DNA of 63,819 nucleotides, filler included, from Lenisia limosa (taxonomy: Eukaryota; Protista; Breviatea), in NCBI GenBank assembly GCA_001655205.1. It is 7 parts of 7 records of this genome, joined end to end, with 100 filler letters (N's around TTAATTAATTAA, not from the genome) between each part and the next. Parts side by side here need not be neighbours in the genome. Positions count along the whole stretch, not along the records: positions 10,121 to 32,644 come from LPNZ01009180.1; 6 more parts are not named here. The stretch is one strand, 5' to 3'. The position numbers were made by a program, and so were the translations under genes. This document shows positions 10,984-24,800 of the stretch, one piece after another. How positions within the stretch are numbered: the stretch's first letter is position 1; each line of letters begins with the position of its first letter. The notes below the pieces were generated by a model. The model was not told the DNA's origin and did not search any database. It saw only the letters and a program-made list of their open reading frames with translations.

Positions 10984-13900
10984 TTAAACGTGGGTTGGTA
11001 GACAAATAAGAGGACAGGATGTTGGACGTCCATGCGCACACTGAAATGACAGATTTGTGCTTGACAACTGGTGCACCAGATATTGCAGATGCTGAAGTGG
11101 GAGTGCGTCTCCAAACATCTGTAAGAGTCAGACTTAAAAGAGTATTGCCAATGTCCTTTGTTTGACCCACGTACCACTGAAGTGCGACAAGCTTTTGAAG
11201 CCAGAATACGATGAAATACAGGGGGCAGAGAGGGCCATGTACTAGAAAGTGAACATTTTTCACTAGCAAACCTGAACCCGATAATTGGCCATCCTGAAGG
11301 CTTTGGGAAGTGGCTACTTCTATGAAGGTAAAAAGAAATGAACGGAGCTTTTTAAGACCCTCAACCCTGCTCACTTGCTGCGTAGGTATTCCAGAAGGTG
11401 AATTGGCTGCACTTCAACACCACAAAGAACTGGTGCTCTAATAATACGAATTCTAAGATGAGTGATTGTGAAAAATAGAGGAAATAACAAGGTCTAATCA
11501 CACTCCTACTTGTCTTCCATAAGTAGTACAGTCCAGCCACATGATTCAACACTTGCTCTTGCCTGCTTTAAAGCACTCAAATCATCAGAATTACTAATGA
11601 GAGTTATATCGCATCTATTTACTGAAAGATATAACCCAGAAGCCCTTGCTGATGCCTCTGAAAATGGGACGGGGGGGACTCTTCTTCCTGGAAATCTAGT
11701 AAACGCAAAGTGTCTATACCATACCATTTGTTAACTTGTTCCAAGCATCTAGTTTATCAGCCTCTTTCACTCCTTCTTTGTATTATAAATGCACTTCCAT
11801 ACAAACCTTGGGAATCTTTGGTTATTTTGATATTTCCATTCCATAGTGATGGTCCATTAGCAATATCTCTGTGGCATATTTCCATATAGCCTTCAAGTCG
11901 CACACGTTCATCAGCAGCGTGTTGATCAATCATCATTCTAAGAATTATTACAACATACACTTACAGTTGGGTTTTACCAATTGAATTTGTTGTTACCAGC
12001 AATATAAACTTATTATCAATCTGAAAGGTTATTTGGTAATCTCCCACTTGTGAAATAACATTTGCCACTTTAATCATATTCTTTGATACTTTTTGTTCAT
12101 CTGTCAGACCAATAAAAGAACCAACTGATGGAGTTGTAGAATTCACCTGAAAATGAAGTAACTTCATAAACCTACCAGCAAATGCTCAAGTTTTTCTGGC
12201 GGCTTTTTGTCAAGTAAACCTAGAAGTTAAAGTCATTACAAACTTACATGGCTTTTTCTGTACTCGAACAGGCTGTTTCACATGAAGACTATTCTTCACA
12301 ATTTTTGAGTCAAACATTTCATCAATCATTTCACTTGAAGAAATATTGAATGTGTTTTCAAAGCCAAATACACCAGTTTGTTTTTTGACAACTTTTGGGG
12401 AAATTGATCGAATTTTGGAGAGATTCAGTTTCTTTATCGTTGGAGAGGCAAATGGTGACGACAGTCCAGCAAGTATGCTCATACTACTTGGAGAAATGTC
12501 AAATGAAGTTTGAAGTATTGACGTTTCATCAAAAAGGCTGCCCATTGGTGAAGAGAAATCCCCAACAAGAGAGGAACAAATTGGAAGGTTAATTTTTGGC
12601 ACTACCTGAGGAACCTCTTTTTCTGGTGATGGCAGTTTTTTGTCCAAAGAAGAAAAGTTTAGAGGAATAGGTGATACGTTTTGAATAACCATTGACTTTT
12701 TGGAAGGAGGAGTCACAAACTGGTCATGAGGTGTGTTAGCAGCTTCAGGGAATTGTTCATCTTCTACCTCAGCCCATTGTCCGTAAAGATGAGAAGCAAG
12801 AGCATTGGAAACACTTTTATAAAACTGTTCGCTAACAACTCTCCAGTCCTAAATATATAAATAACAATAAAGCAAACAAAGGGATTGATTTTGGCCTTGA
12901 GTAAATTTGATGAAACCAAGTTGTGAAAATTGGCAGAAAAAATTAAAAGAAAACTTGGCGCATGTGTTACCTGAATAAACAAAGAAAAAAAACAGATTTC
13001 GTGGCCTTACTCTTTGCCAAAATGCCAAGGTGTTGATACGCCCTGTATATGATACCTCCAAAAGGTTTTAAAGGAGCAGGGCGTCTATTGATGATAACGA
13101 CTTGTAACGGCTGTAATTTCAACATGATATTTCAATAAGAAGAAACGTACAGTGTTGACACTACAGTCAGTTGAAAGAATCCCAGTCAACCTCACAGTTT
13201 CTAAGCCGTAAGTATGTTTATTGTAAATACTGTATCACTACCTTACAGATAGATATGCATTATTATATGATAAACATACCTTGAACATCATTCTTATTCA
13301 CAACTAGTGTATCATTGAAGTTGATAAATTCTTGTTCATCTGAAGAAAACGACAGGAATCTTGACAATGTGTCTGGATGCTACATTGTTCTTTTAAACAT
13401 CAAAACCCACTGTTTGATTTTGTAAAAGATACTTTTGAGAATTCTCGTGATAAAGGCTAAAGGCTACCTGTGGGTTCGCTAATGCTATTAGGCGTAAGGC
13501 AACCCGCATCCTATGTCAGTGAGGAAACAAGATATATATATATATCATAAGCGTACGAATTTGCATTTGAAATGTTGTGAAGAGTTCCTCTTCGGACAGG
13601 ATGATTTTTGAAGAGATCAGAAACCGAGATCCGAGTTCCTGATTTGTCATTTGGAATGGTAAATTTGCATCTGAACCTTTTTTTCGCAAATTTGATTTGG
13701 TAACTCCGAGCGATTCACCAAACTATAACGTCATCTAGTCAAAGTAGTATCAACACAAACACTCACAACATACTTGGATAATTTTCTGAAAAGCCTGTTG
13801 TGATCGAATAGCTATTGACTCGATCTTCAATGTTGATATGCTGGCAAGACCAAAGAGGCTATGACATGATTAATGTAATATGAATTATTGTGAAACAAAT

Positions 13901-14504
13901 ACACTTTTATTACACAAACAATCCTTAACTGTATTCAGTCAGATCTCAATACGCAAACCATTGTCCTCTAAATCCCAGCGTTTCGGTTTTTGCAATTGAA
14001 GATGGACTCCTTGATTTGCTTGATGCTAGGTGAATGATGTTAATAAATGGTTGAAACATGATTCTCCCAAGAAAGTACTTGCAGGGCATACCTTCTTTTT
14101 CTCCCAATATCTCTAGATTATCATACGATATGCCTTTGCCATTGTCTGTGACCACTATGATCTCGTGAGCAATTGTGATTGAAAAGTGCTAGGTAAGCTA
14201 AATGAATGGATTTTTTCTTAAAAAATAATATTCCATCAAGTTTATAAAGATGTTAACGGATAGAAGCAGTAAAAATAAACAATACATCTCTTGAGCTCAC
14301 TCAGTTTCCATTTGACTTCGTCAAAGGTGACCTCCACCTGTGTTGCTTTAGCATCAATTGCATTTTCTACCAATTCTGTTAAGAGTTGAGACCAATTAGA
14401 GAGAACCTGAATTTTGTGAATACTCTACTTTCAATTAAACCCACTAAGTCGCTCTTAAGTTGGTTTTTTGTTGATGTCGGTAATTCTTCAATTCCATAAT
14501 GCAT
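10984..14504 (-). CDS. MLH3: DNA mismatch repair / meiotic crossover MutL homologue MLH3
   Basis: GHKL ATPase motifs LTELVENAIDAKAT, VTDNGKGI, TLGFRGQ, GTRISVSDLFKNHPVRR; endonuclease motif DQHAADERVRLE; C-terminal SKACRTSV|MFGDAL and FQCAHGRPT. The DQHAxxER.RLE form points to MLH3 rather than PMS1/PMS2. Confidence 0.93.
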
Positions 14505-14995
14505 ATTTCTTTGCGATAAGGACACTCTGGTACACTCTTTTACTCTCTATATACCCATTTTATCGAAAACTATCAAAGATTATGTTTTTCTGCTTGTCAC
14601 TGGATGAGTAATCATCTCTCCTTTATTCACTTTATAATTTATTGAATAATAAATAACGTAATTCATCGAAAGAGATCAAAGGCTTTGGTCTTAGATTCTT
14701 GGTGTGGACGTGCTCAATAATCGGTATAAATATAATGAGTCAAATAATTTATCAAGTTATTATGTAGAGTTATACTACTATGCTAGAGTTATACTACTAT
14801 GCTGTTTTAAAGAGGATATTTGGATATTGTGTGGAAATTATGAAATTATTCTCTCACCTGGCTACAAAACTACAAACTCTTACATGTACCTTACCGCAAG
14901 TTCCGGATCAAAATGAATACTGTACAAGGTCCATCAAACATAAAGACATCTACCTTCGTTTGGTGTTGTCATAAGAATAGCAAAAACAAAAGCAC

Positions 14996-16050
14996 TTATT
15001 GTACAAATCCATGGAGAGAGTGAAGAAGCTCATCAAGGGTCTCCGGTTTAACAACCTCATTAGACACATGCTCTTCAAGAGTAGGCATCACCTGACACGC
15101 TTCGTCCTTGGTCTGAAGAGAAGTAAGCGTAAGTAAGTACAAAATAGCAAAATATAACCAACATAACCCCCACAGAAAAAAGAAACACAGGTACTTAAAA
15201 TAAAATATGGATATGGTATGGAGGAATAACACAAGTTTTTTCAGACACCAATAATTAAAAAAAAAAGTGATTTTATACACATCATATACTCAAAACAAAC
15301 CTAAAAATTGTAGTGTTAGATTATATACTCAAGATTTCAGAACCAAAAGCATAGAACTAAGTATTAAGACCTAACATCGATATACGATTGAAAACAGAAA
15401 TCAAACCTGAGGAAGAAGGTCAGCAATAAGTGTCACTTCAAAGGCTGACAAATTATGATCTTCACGGAACTGTTCAATTGTTCTGCAAGGAATGAGTGGA
15501 ATAATGAAAGAAGAAGAAAGGGGAGGGGAGGGGGAAANNNNNNNNNNNNNNNNNNNNNNNNNNNNNNNNNNNNNNNNNNNNNNNNNNNNNNNNNNNNNNN
15601 NNNNNNNNNNNNNNNNNNNNNNNNNNNNNNNNNNNNTTACTAAGTGTCATCAAACACTTTTAGTAACCAAGAAAACAACAACAACTACATGATGAAATGG
15701 AAGATGACAAGAATATCAAATAGCCACCCACGCAAGAGCCTCATCAACCGCCTCTGGTGTCTTGAACTTCTTTAGCCTTGAAGCATACTCCAGTGCCTTC
15801 TTGGTATGGCTAAACAATTATCCCAAACAGTATATAAAAAATGGGTAAAGTCTTGAGCATACAGAGGAAGTTCTGCATCGTCATCTCCTTGGCTTAAAGC
15901 AGCTTTGCGGGTTTCGAGAATCATGGCGGCATCAGCAGTAATCACCGTTGGTGCGTCCTCAAAGACTAAATATATTAAATAATGATAAACAAGAAGCAGG
16001 AGAGTCATACCGGGGCCAAGCATGACAATCCTTGCGTCTGTTTCGGCCAT
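14996..16050 (-). CDS. RPB4: RNA polymerase II subunit RPB4 (HRDC-like)
   Basis: Spliced product MAETDARIVMLGP|VFEDAPTVITADAAMILETRK..|HTKKALEYASRLKKFKTPEAVDEAL|TIEQFREDHNLSAFEVTLIADLLPQ|TKDEACQVMPTLEE..LDELLHSLHGFVQ* follows the RPB4 pattern (KTLxY..RF; L..FE...IANL.P.T.EEA..LIPSL). Confidence 0.9.
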
Positions 16051-16297
16051 TGTGAAAACCTAGATACAAAAAAACTATATAAATTTAGATCTATAAATCT
16101 ACACCAATGTTTGCCTGGAGAAAAGGAGAAAAAAGGTTCTTTCAAGGTTCTTTTTTGGTTTTTGACGAACAAAATAAATTACGGTGGCGCTTTGCTTTAC
16201 TGCCCTCTTTTTTCAAGCCCTTTTCTTTGATCGATTGTTAATGAGATTGAGAGAGTTAAGAATTGGGAGAAGAATCATAATTTAAGAGTTCAACCAG

Positions 16298-19200
16298 ATG
16301 TACCCCACCACTGGTATGGAGTATTATGTCGCAACTGAAATTGACAATTCTGAAAGTCATCATAATATGAGCATATTAATGACTATTTAGATCCCTTTGC
16401 AGACCCATGGCCAGGTTCACCACCAGTAAGAACCAACAAGTTTGCAATCCTTGAAGTGAGTAACGGTGCAACTGTCTCCGTTCCTGTGTTCGCCCACTCA
16501 GAGGTGAGCTGTGGCATGGCTTTGATTGACATTCTTCACTTTCTCTATTCTTTCTCACTTTTCAGCCATTTCAAGTTGCGTCAGACATCTGTAACCTTTA
16601 TAACTTGTTTGTTGCAAGCCTTTATCCCAATGCGGGCAATATGATATATTACCGTCTGTCTGTTGCTCAACTCAAACTCCTCGATCATCACAATTTTTCA
16701 ATTTTTAGACATACCTTTTGAAAAAAAAACGATAATAATAAATAAAAAAACATTGCATTTGAGGTATAATGCCTTGTTGGTTCTTTAGTGACACTCCAGT
16801 GACCGAGAAACGTTTCTTGAGCCCATGATAGCCACACTCGAGTCGGTCATAATGCCCTTACGCTACCCGAAATCAGCTGTTATCAAACCGTTCCTCATCG
16901 ATGACGAGGCTGCTCTTGAGGTGTCCAAAAAAGGTTCGTGGATGAAATTCCGTGATAAAAGGGCTCAGTACTTTCAATAACGGTGTTGCCTTGAGGATAC
17001 TAACATCACAGAAGCTGAGAAGGAAGAAGAAGCTGCCAAAGATGAGGAGAAAGAGTTACCAGAAGCGGAAGCGGAAGAACCTAAACAGGATGATGAAAAG
17101 CCCAAAATGTTCGTTTATCGGTGGGAGGGGTTGTTGGCACAATATTTTAACGCAGATGGCAGGTGATGGAAATTAAATGATGACCTTTATGATAGTTAGT
17201 ATGTATTCCTACATTTTTTAACCCTGAACATTGTCACTAAACATGATATAAAACTCTAACCCTCATCCTAGGTCCGAAAATCTCAGGGCTGCAGCGGAGG
17301 AAGGCTTCTCGCGCCCGTCTTCCTCGCAGAATGATCGCTCCTACGCTAAAATCCATGCAAAGCCACGTGCATCGCGCCACAAGCATGGCGACAACATGGA
17401 TGGCCGTTGGAAGCCGGAACGGGGTTCCTGGGTGGCCTCGTCGGCAAAGCAGCGCAAGCCAGAAGTTCCCTCGCAACCACGAGGCATCAATGCGTTCCGT
17501 CGGTACCATCATCACCCGGAACAGGAGCAATCACCAAGGGACTCGCTTTTGAGCCAGCTGTCCGACCTTTCTCTCTCCACGAGTGAGCCTGACGATCACC
17601 GTGACTCTCAACAGAAACAACGCAAGTCGGTAGGGGATGTTTCTCGAAATTCCGACTCTGGGGGTAGCCAGTCTGAAGACGAGTCTCTGTCTGACCCGTT
17701 GCTGAAGGCCGAACAACGCTGGAATGCGGCACGTAGTAACGGCTACCCCGTGTGGTCAGAGCAGGGAAAGCAGTCACGAGCATCCACGTGGGTCGACGAC
17801 CACGAAGGGGATGATTATGAGATTATTGAGGGAGCTGATGGTGTTTTCGAAGCCAAATCCATCAGCACGCCCCTGGATAAACGAGAAAGCAGAAGAGAAC
17901 CTGCAAGAGAGAAACCAAGAAGGGAAGGTAGACGGAATGAAAGAGAAGAGCATGAAATCAGAAGAAGGAAAGATGACTACGACCACTACCCAAAGAAGGA
18001 AAGTGACAGATTCGAGAAGAAAGACAGAAGGAAGACGCGATCTTCTCCAGTTAGAAGTAGTCACTACAGTGAATCCTCAAGTTCGCAGAGTGACTCAGAC
18101 AAAACCGCCTCAGATGACGGTTGGTGAAGAGATATGTTAACCATCGAAGCTGTTTGCGCTCAGTTAAGTATGACGAGTGGGACTCTACAATGGCAGTTTT
18201 GTGTGTCTTCCCTGTTTTGTTTTTGCCTTGTCGAGCTTTTTGTTCGTTTGACACCACTCACCTCACAGAAAGTGACTTTGACGTTGAGCCTCTGGATATT
18301 GAAGGTTTCTATGCACAGTATACACAGACGAGTGTTTTTGAGAGACTAAATCAAAATGCAAAAGACAGGGATGAAAAAAAGTTGGTTAGGTTGCCTTGTT
18401 TCTTGATAGAAGGTGTTTTGGATCCTTGATCCGCCTCTTTTGTGAAATTTTATTAATTCTCGTTCACACTCCAGAAAAGAAGTTGCAAGGAAGAAGAAAG
18501 AACAAGAGCAAAAAGAGCGGGAGTTTCGAACTTCAAAAGTCGGTTTTTCTTTCATTCTTCATTCATCTCACATTTGCTGACTGCCCAGGATTCACGGACA
18601 ATGTTGCGCGAAGCAGGAAGGAAGAATCGGGGCGAATCTGCTACTGTGAGGGATACGTATCGATTCTTTTCTTCTTTAGTGTTTTCAAGCAGAACTAACC
18701 TTTCAGGAAAGGTTACATCGTCTTGGCCACAGTATGGGGAATTCGGTTCAGTTCCACAAGAATGCTATATTCCTATACCCATTGAATAGAGCGTAGTTCT
18801 AAGAATGTAGAAAAACATATCGAGCGGGTAAAAAAGCAAAAGAACGCACTTGAAGAGAAAGACCAAATGGACGCGTCACACTCTTTTCAGCCCAAAATCA
18901 CGTGAGTACTCTTGGTCTCTTTTAGCTCCATCAACATTCTTCCTTGTCAGAGCCCCTCACACACTAGACGCCGAGGGGAAAGGGCAGCGGTTCGGAGGGA
19001 CCCTTTCAGCGGAGTCACTATTTCATCAACTGCTGTTTCGGATCGAATTTTGGAGAGTGCTCGCCAGGTGGGGGGGGGGGGNNNNNNNNNNNNNNNNNNN
19101 NNNNNNNNNNNNNNNNNNNNNNNNNNNNNNNNNNNNNNNNNNNNNNNNNNNNNNNNNNNNNNNNNNNNNNNNNNNNNNNNNNNNNNNNNNNNNCATCTAT

Positions 19201-21670
19201 ATTGAAATACTAACTCAATCTTGAATAATGCTTCAGAGGGAAGAAGACCAACAAGAAGACTTAACTTTCCACCCCAAAATCAATAACAACTCAAGGCAAA
19301 TGGCCTCCTCGAAAGGTATGATGACATATCATCATACTGCTAGCCTACAACATACTTTATTCACTCTCAGCCTGAACGTGATTAGAGTATGCCTATCCTA
19401 ATGTCTACACAAGTCTCACTTTGCAGCCACCCCAGTTGGAGACCGATTATATGCCAAGGCGTTCACTCCCACGCGCGGTGAGTACCATGAAAGGTAGGTT
19501 GCCTCTTTTTGTGCCTTTTTTCTTGGCTCTTTACGTTCCAGCAATAAAGTAATCCCCCTATAGCATGAGAACAACCCCGTCAGTGCATGCTGACGTGCCG
19601 CAACTCTCATCGTCTGAGCTTCTCTCGGGTGGGTGTCATTTGTCCATATGATCGCTTCATCATGGCTTTTTCCGTCTTATCTCTTCTTCATGGATTTAGG
19701 GGACATTCGCCGTTCATACTGGAAGCAAGCCCAACAAGTGGGTAAATGTTTCCCTTAAATTCTTTCGTAGTGTCTTCCCCTGACTTGTACAGGCTTGGAA
19801 TGAATTGGCTGAAGAATCCAATCCCAGTGACTTCACCTACAATCCTCAGATTAAAAGGGGTCCACATGGAGAGGTCAGTCAAGAACAGTGTTACTTGCCC
19901 CCTCTCTTGTTTTGCTCATACTGATACGTATCATTTTCCTCTGACCAAGCTTTATCCTTTCGACTCCCCCCCCCCCCCNNNNNNNNNNNNNNNNNNNNNN
20001 NNNNNNNNNNNNNNNNNNNNNNNNNNNNNNNNNNNNNNNNNNNNNNNNNNNNNNNNNNNNNNNNNNNNNNNNNNNNNNNNNNNNNNNNNNNNNNNNNCAG
20101 TCAGAGAATACAAAAGGATGAGGAAGCCTTACAGGTGTGAGTTTGTCTTCATTGAAATACTTTAATAGAGTTAATATTATCCGACTTAGATTGCTCAAAT
20201 CGCTCAGCATAGTGCAATAGGAATATGTTACGGAGTCAATTAACATCTTGGTTCAGTGTTAGCATATTCCCATTCACTCCCCAGGAAGCTCATGAGATAG
20301 CCAGCAAGTCACACATGACAGAAGCCTCGAAGGCGATTGTTGGCGACCGCACGGCTAAAGCTGGGGATATCTACGCTTCCATCTTTTCTGAGGTAAGTGT
20401 GGGATGACTGCTGCCAAAATAACGTTTCAAGATATAATATACTATAATGCTATATGCAAGGAGGCCTTTTTCCTAAGTGAAACCCTGTCCCTTTGCCTTG
20501 TTGACTTGAGTGTCTCGCTGTGAATATTTCAGTTCTGTTCTTCTTCGGAAATGAATGCGCATGACTTGGCGTCTCTCGACATGGGCCTTGCTCCCATGCA
20601 TCTCCACGCTATCAGGCTGGCTCTCAGGAAACTGCCAAATGTGAGGCATCATTGTTGATACCCCTTTTTGTTTTGTTATCAACCCTGTATTGTCAACCAA
20701 CAGAGTCGATTTAGGGCTTTTTTTGTTTCATAAATTTTCCAATCTTACTCCCCACCTTCCCAAGGATAGTACTGTTACTGCAGAATCCTTCACTGAGCTC
20801 GCTCTTCACGCCACGGTAGGTTCTCATTAGTATTTATGTACTATTTCCTTTCAATTGACATGGTCTCTTTATTTGCACCATCATACTTATTGTATAATAA
20901 TAGTAATAAATTTTTATGATATACGTCCCACACTTGGCAGCCTTATTACACTTCAGCGTCGGCTGCCATCAGGACCCACTATAATGTCCAAAGCACCTAC
21001 CCCGGCTGAGGCACACACGTTCAAGCCCCAACTAAACCCAAAATCCAAAGAACTTACGAGGTATGCTGGCTATTTCCTTTCATGAGTAAAGCCATTTTTT
21101 CTTGCTTTTTATTTTGAGTCTGGTCTTTTTCCGTCTAATTGGACAGTGGAATGACAGGAACTGTTGAAGCCAGGTTTCAAGAGCAAGAAGAGCAGCGTAA
21201 GACAAGAAACACACAAGCCATTCAACAGGTAGGATTTATCTACCAGTCCAAATAAGATGAACTCCAATGATTAAGTGCACGCCTTGGCATTCATTTGGGA
21301 AGTTTTTACGAATCAGGCAATGGAAGATGAAATTGCGGAGTGCACCTTCCACCCTGCGCTCAACCACCCCCCATCATCCGTAACAGTGAGTGATCTTTGA
21401 TCTTTGATCTTTCATGCATCATTAATCTGGGGGTATATTCACAGTGGTTAGGTCTTGATTGTCCCGGTTAGGAAGAGGGAAAGTCTCATTTTTTAGGCTG
21501 CCGAAGTAACTGAGAGACTGTACCCAAAGAGGTAGGAAGTTGGACATTATTAGATCTGCCTTGTCTTTGTACCTTTGATCGGCTGATATTTTAGCACCGG
21601 GCCTCTTGAGGATGATGATGACGACGATGATGAAGGGTCCCTGTTTGATATTGTTGATGCTAATTTGTAG
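16298..21670 (+). CDS. Uncharacterised large protein with an S/R/D/E-rich region and repeated TFxPxIN and (D/E)RLY motifs
   Basis: ATG at 16298 (MYPTT|DPFADPWPGSP); long exon 17396-18127; motifs HSFQPKIT, LTFHPKINNNSRQMA, FTYNPQIK, HTFKPQLNPKSKEL, ECTFHPALN, SVFERL, GDRLY, TERLY; acidic tail ending DANL* at 21668-21670. Some early exon boundaries unresolved. Confidence 0.7.
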
Positions 21671-21809
21671 TGATATTGGTTGTATGAGTTCGGAGGTCTT
21701 TTGTAGGTGGTAGAATGTATACTAGTTTATCAATGTCTATATGCTGGAAGTGACTGAATTCGCTAAGGGGGGGGGATAATAGAGTCTGTATAACCTGAAA
21801 AAAACATAT

Positions 21810-24800
21810 TTAGTTGAACTCAAATTCGGAAGAGGGGGCAGACCATGGGAGGAGATCCTCGAGAGGGAGGGCTTCAGGAGCTGAGGAAGGGGAATGTGTT
21901 AGGGGGCACATTCCATAGAAATCAAAGATGTACAGTAAGCTCACTTTTCTTCCTTGATTTAGTCCTTGACGGCCTTACAGCTGAGCTGAGAGTCTTCTAT
22001 CGTTGTTAATGGGCATAGAATGGGCCAGATATGAAGGTCTTGTCAGCCCCACTTTTGGCTGGATTGGGGTTTGAGTCTTGACCAAACGGGGAAACGCTGG
22101 CTCCTGTGGCGCTCCTGGACTGGGTGTTCGAGCATATGGCGACTCCCAATCAGATATGTCAATACCCTTGCTTGATACTGGGCCTGGAAGTGGTGCAATT
22201 ATTTTAGAGATAGATAAACCGGGAATGGGTACAGGATATTATGCTACAAGCTTACTGTGATCTTGAGTGGGAGACCGATAGTGGACAATCAGAGGAGGAG
22301 ATTGTTTTCCTGAAACCATTAGAGCCTCTTTTTCTTGCTGTTATGCCGCATGATTTCCTGAATTTGACAGCAAACCATTAACAAGGCTCTCGAGGTTTTC
22401 TTGACTCTGAGTCTACAATTGTTAACATAAAAGGCAAATTTGTCAGTGCCCCTTGCCCACCTTGATCAATAGACTTTCAGAGTTGAGGAGAAAAGCCGGT
22501 CGCTCAGGGCTTGTTGGTGCAGGGGATGGGTCTTTCTTGGCGGCAACAGGTGTCAAACTCTCCAATGCAGGCCTTTTACTTCCACTCTTCCCTCCACTCT
22601 TCCCTCCACTCTTCCCTCCACTTTTTCCACCACTTTTTCCACCACTCTTCCCCCCAGACATGCTCGGCCTTTCCTCCCAGTTGTCACTTGGATGGAGAGA
22701 AGACGGTTTAGACAAGAGGTCCGGGAGTCCGGAAACAAAGAAGCCTTCGTCTTGATCACCGAAAGACTGGTCCGAGCGGGGCGAAAATGATTCCGATGCT
22801 GATGAGTCTACAAGGTGAGAAGTGTAATCATGGAGGTGTAGCTCTATCGGAATATTATAATATTTCATACATCTGGTGTAATTTTTATATCATATGAACA
22901 GATATTCTAATATGCAACCAATATCATAGTATCTTGAAGAAAAACGAGGTAAAAGAAGGTACGTACTGTCATAGTTTTGGTGCAATTGAGCAAGGTCCTG
23001 GGAAATTTTCTCATTATTGTCTGGGAAATGGTTAAGAATATCTTCAATGTCTTCAATGCAATGCTCGAGTTTGCTGTCACTTTGCACTGCTTCTTCGTCA
23101 AAGTCTATACAGTTGTAAATAATTGGTTGAAACGGGTAAATAAAGTGAGAGGACATTGTTTCTCACCAGGTGATGGTGTAATTTCTGCTCGATTGGCGGC
23201 CAAGAAAAGCAGCTCGTCTTGGTCCTTATGGCTATTTGGTTATAATGCTGTCCAGCGCCATTTTACGCATGGCCTTCCAAGGACAAACCTGAGTCTGCTT
23301 GACTGAAGAGATTTATGCAGCGTTGGAGGAGTCAACGGCCGTGGGGATGATGATACTGAATTCACTTCACCAAGTAAATGACTAGAGTAATAATTATAAA
23401 TCTATTGCGTTAACACATTACAATATCAGTCATCCCAACTTTTTGTTTTTTATATTTGGGAGAGGTAACACTGGTACATAGTCTTCTGAAGGTTCAAAAG
23501 GAGCAGGAGAGGCTTTTTGCAATTCTTCAACTGCCCTTCTTCTGAACCGTGAGTCCAAGACAAAATCGTCAATTTCAACAAAAGACATTTGACCAACTTT
23601 TGTGGTTGAAATTGAATGGTTGAAGCTGAATCTGAGAACATTACATGCTGATGAAAGGATGAAACTCACCTGATAATTGCGGGGAAGTGGCATGTTCGCC
23701 GAACAAGCTTTTCTTGATAACTTCAATATCATTCTAGTTTGTGAGATCAGTAAGGTGACTCACGGGTCTTTTCAAATGTGGGCGATATGGTAAAACAGAT
23801 GGATCAGCTTCGGCATCAAGTTGAGCTAGACGCTCATTTTTAGATGCCAAGGATGCGTCAAGCTTCCTTTTCTCCTCCTGAAGAATCATTAAGAATACAA
23901 CACTCGTGATCAAAAGTTGAGTTTAGACGTATCTACAACCCCCACATTCATAATGATGTCTTCAATGACAGCGTCAACGTGACTTGATATGGAGTCAACC
24001 GAACATGATTTGATGCTGCCCTTGTCAAGGTCAGCAAGCTGAAGGGCCTTGGCGGAGAGGAGGGCGATTTGCGACTCCAGAGCTTGCAAACAGATAAATT
24101 GCCAAGTCATTAAACCTGATGGGTTAGGCAGAACACACAACATATCATATGGAATTCATATTATCAAAATACATATCAACATTATTAGTTCCAAACTCAC
24201 TGTACTTTGCTTCGTTTGTTGCTGTCTGGACTGTTTGCACGTCCAATTCAGGTGTCAAAGCCTGTCAAGTCAATATAGTATATCATGGATACTGATTACC
24301 TTTTGCAGTTGGTTTTGTTCCTCTTCAGAAAGCTGTGCAGTCGACTTCGTACTGAAGGGTTGCAGAATGGGTCTTCTATTTAATTCAATGGACGCCTGGC
24401 ACAAATGGTGCGACCCGTTGGACAGGTTAATACTGAGGTCCTTGATTTGTTGACAAATTGGCCGGAGTTGTGATCCCTTTGAAACCTAAAATGGGACCAT
24501 TAAAACTGCTTTATGTTTTCTTTTTAATAATGCTTGATGAGTCCATCCTGTTACCTTTTCAAGTTGGAACCTGGATTTTGCATGCTCTTTATTGAGTGAG
24601 GCAATTTCAATGAACTGAACTTCTCTCAATGATTCAACCTACTCACGTAATTATGGATCACAGTTGACAACTTAAAGTATCACAATAATTGGCCTACTTG
24701 GTGCGGAAGAAGTGGTGGAACCTCCAACTTATGAAAAGTTTTCATTGTACTCTATAAGTCAATAAAAACTGTCAATATTCAAACCACTGCCTGCCCCCAG

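Noticed and set aside
13560-13740. Apparent in-frame stops or frameshift in MLH3 suggesting a non-standard genetic code or pseudogene
   Set aside because: A 38-nt GT-AG intron (gttcag...aatcag) restores RKK|GTRISVSDLF under the standard code.
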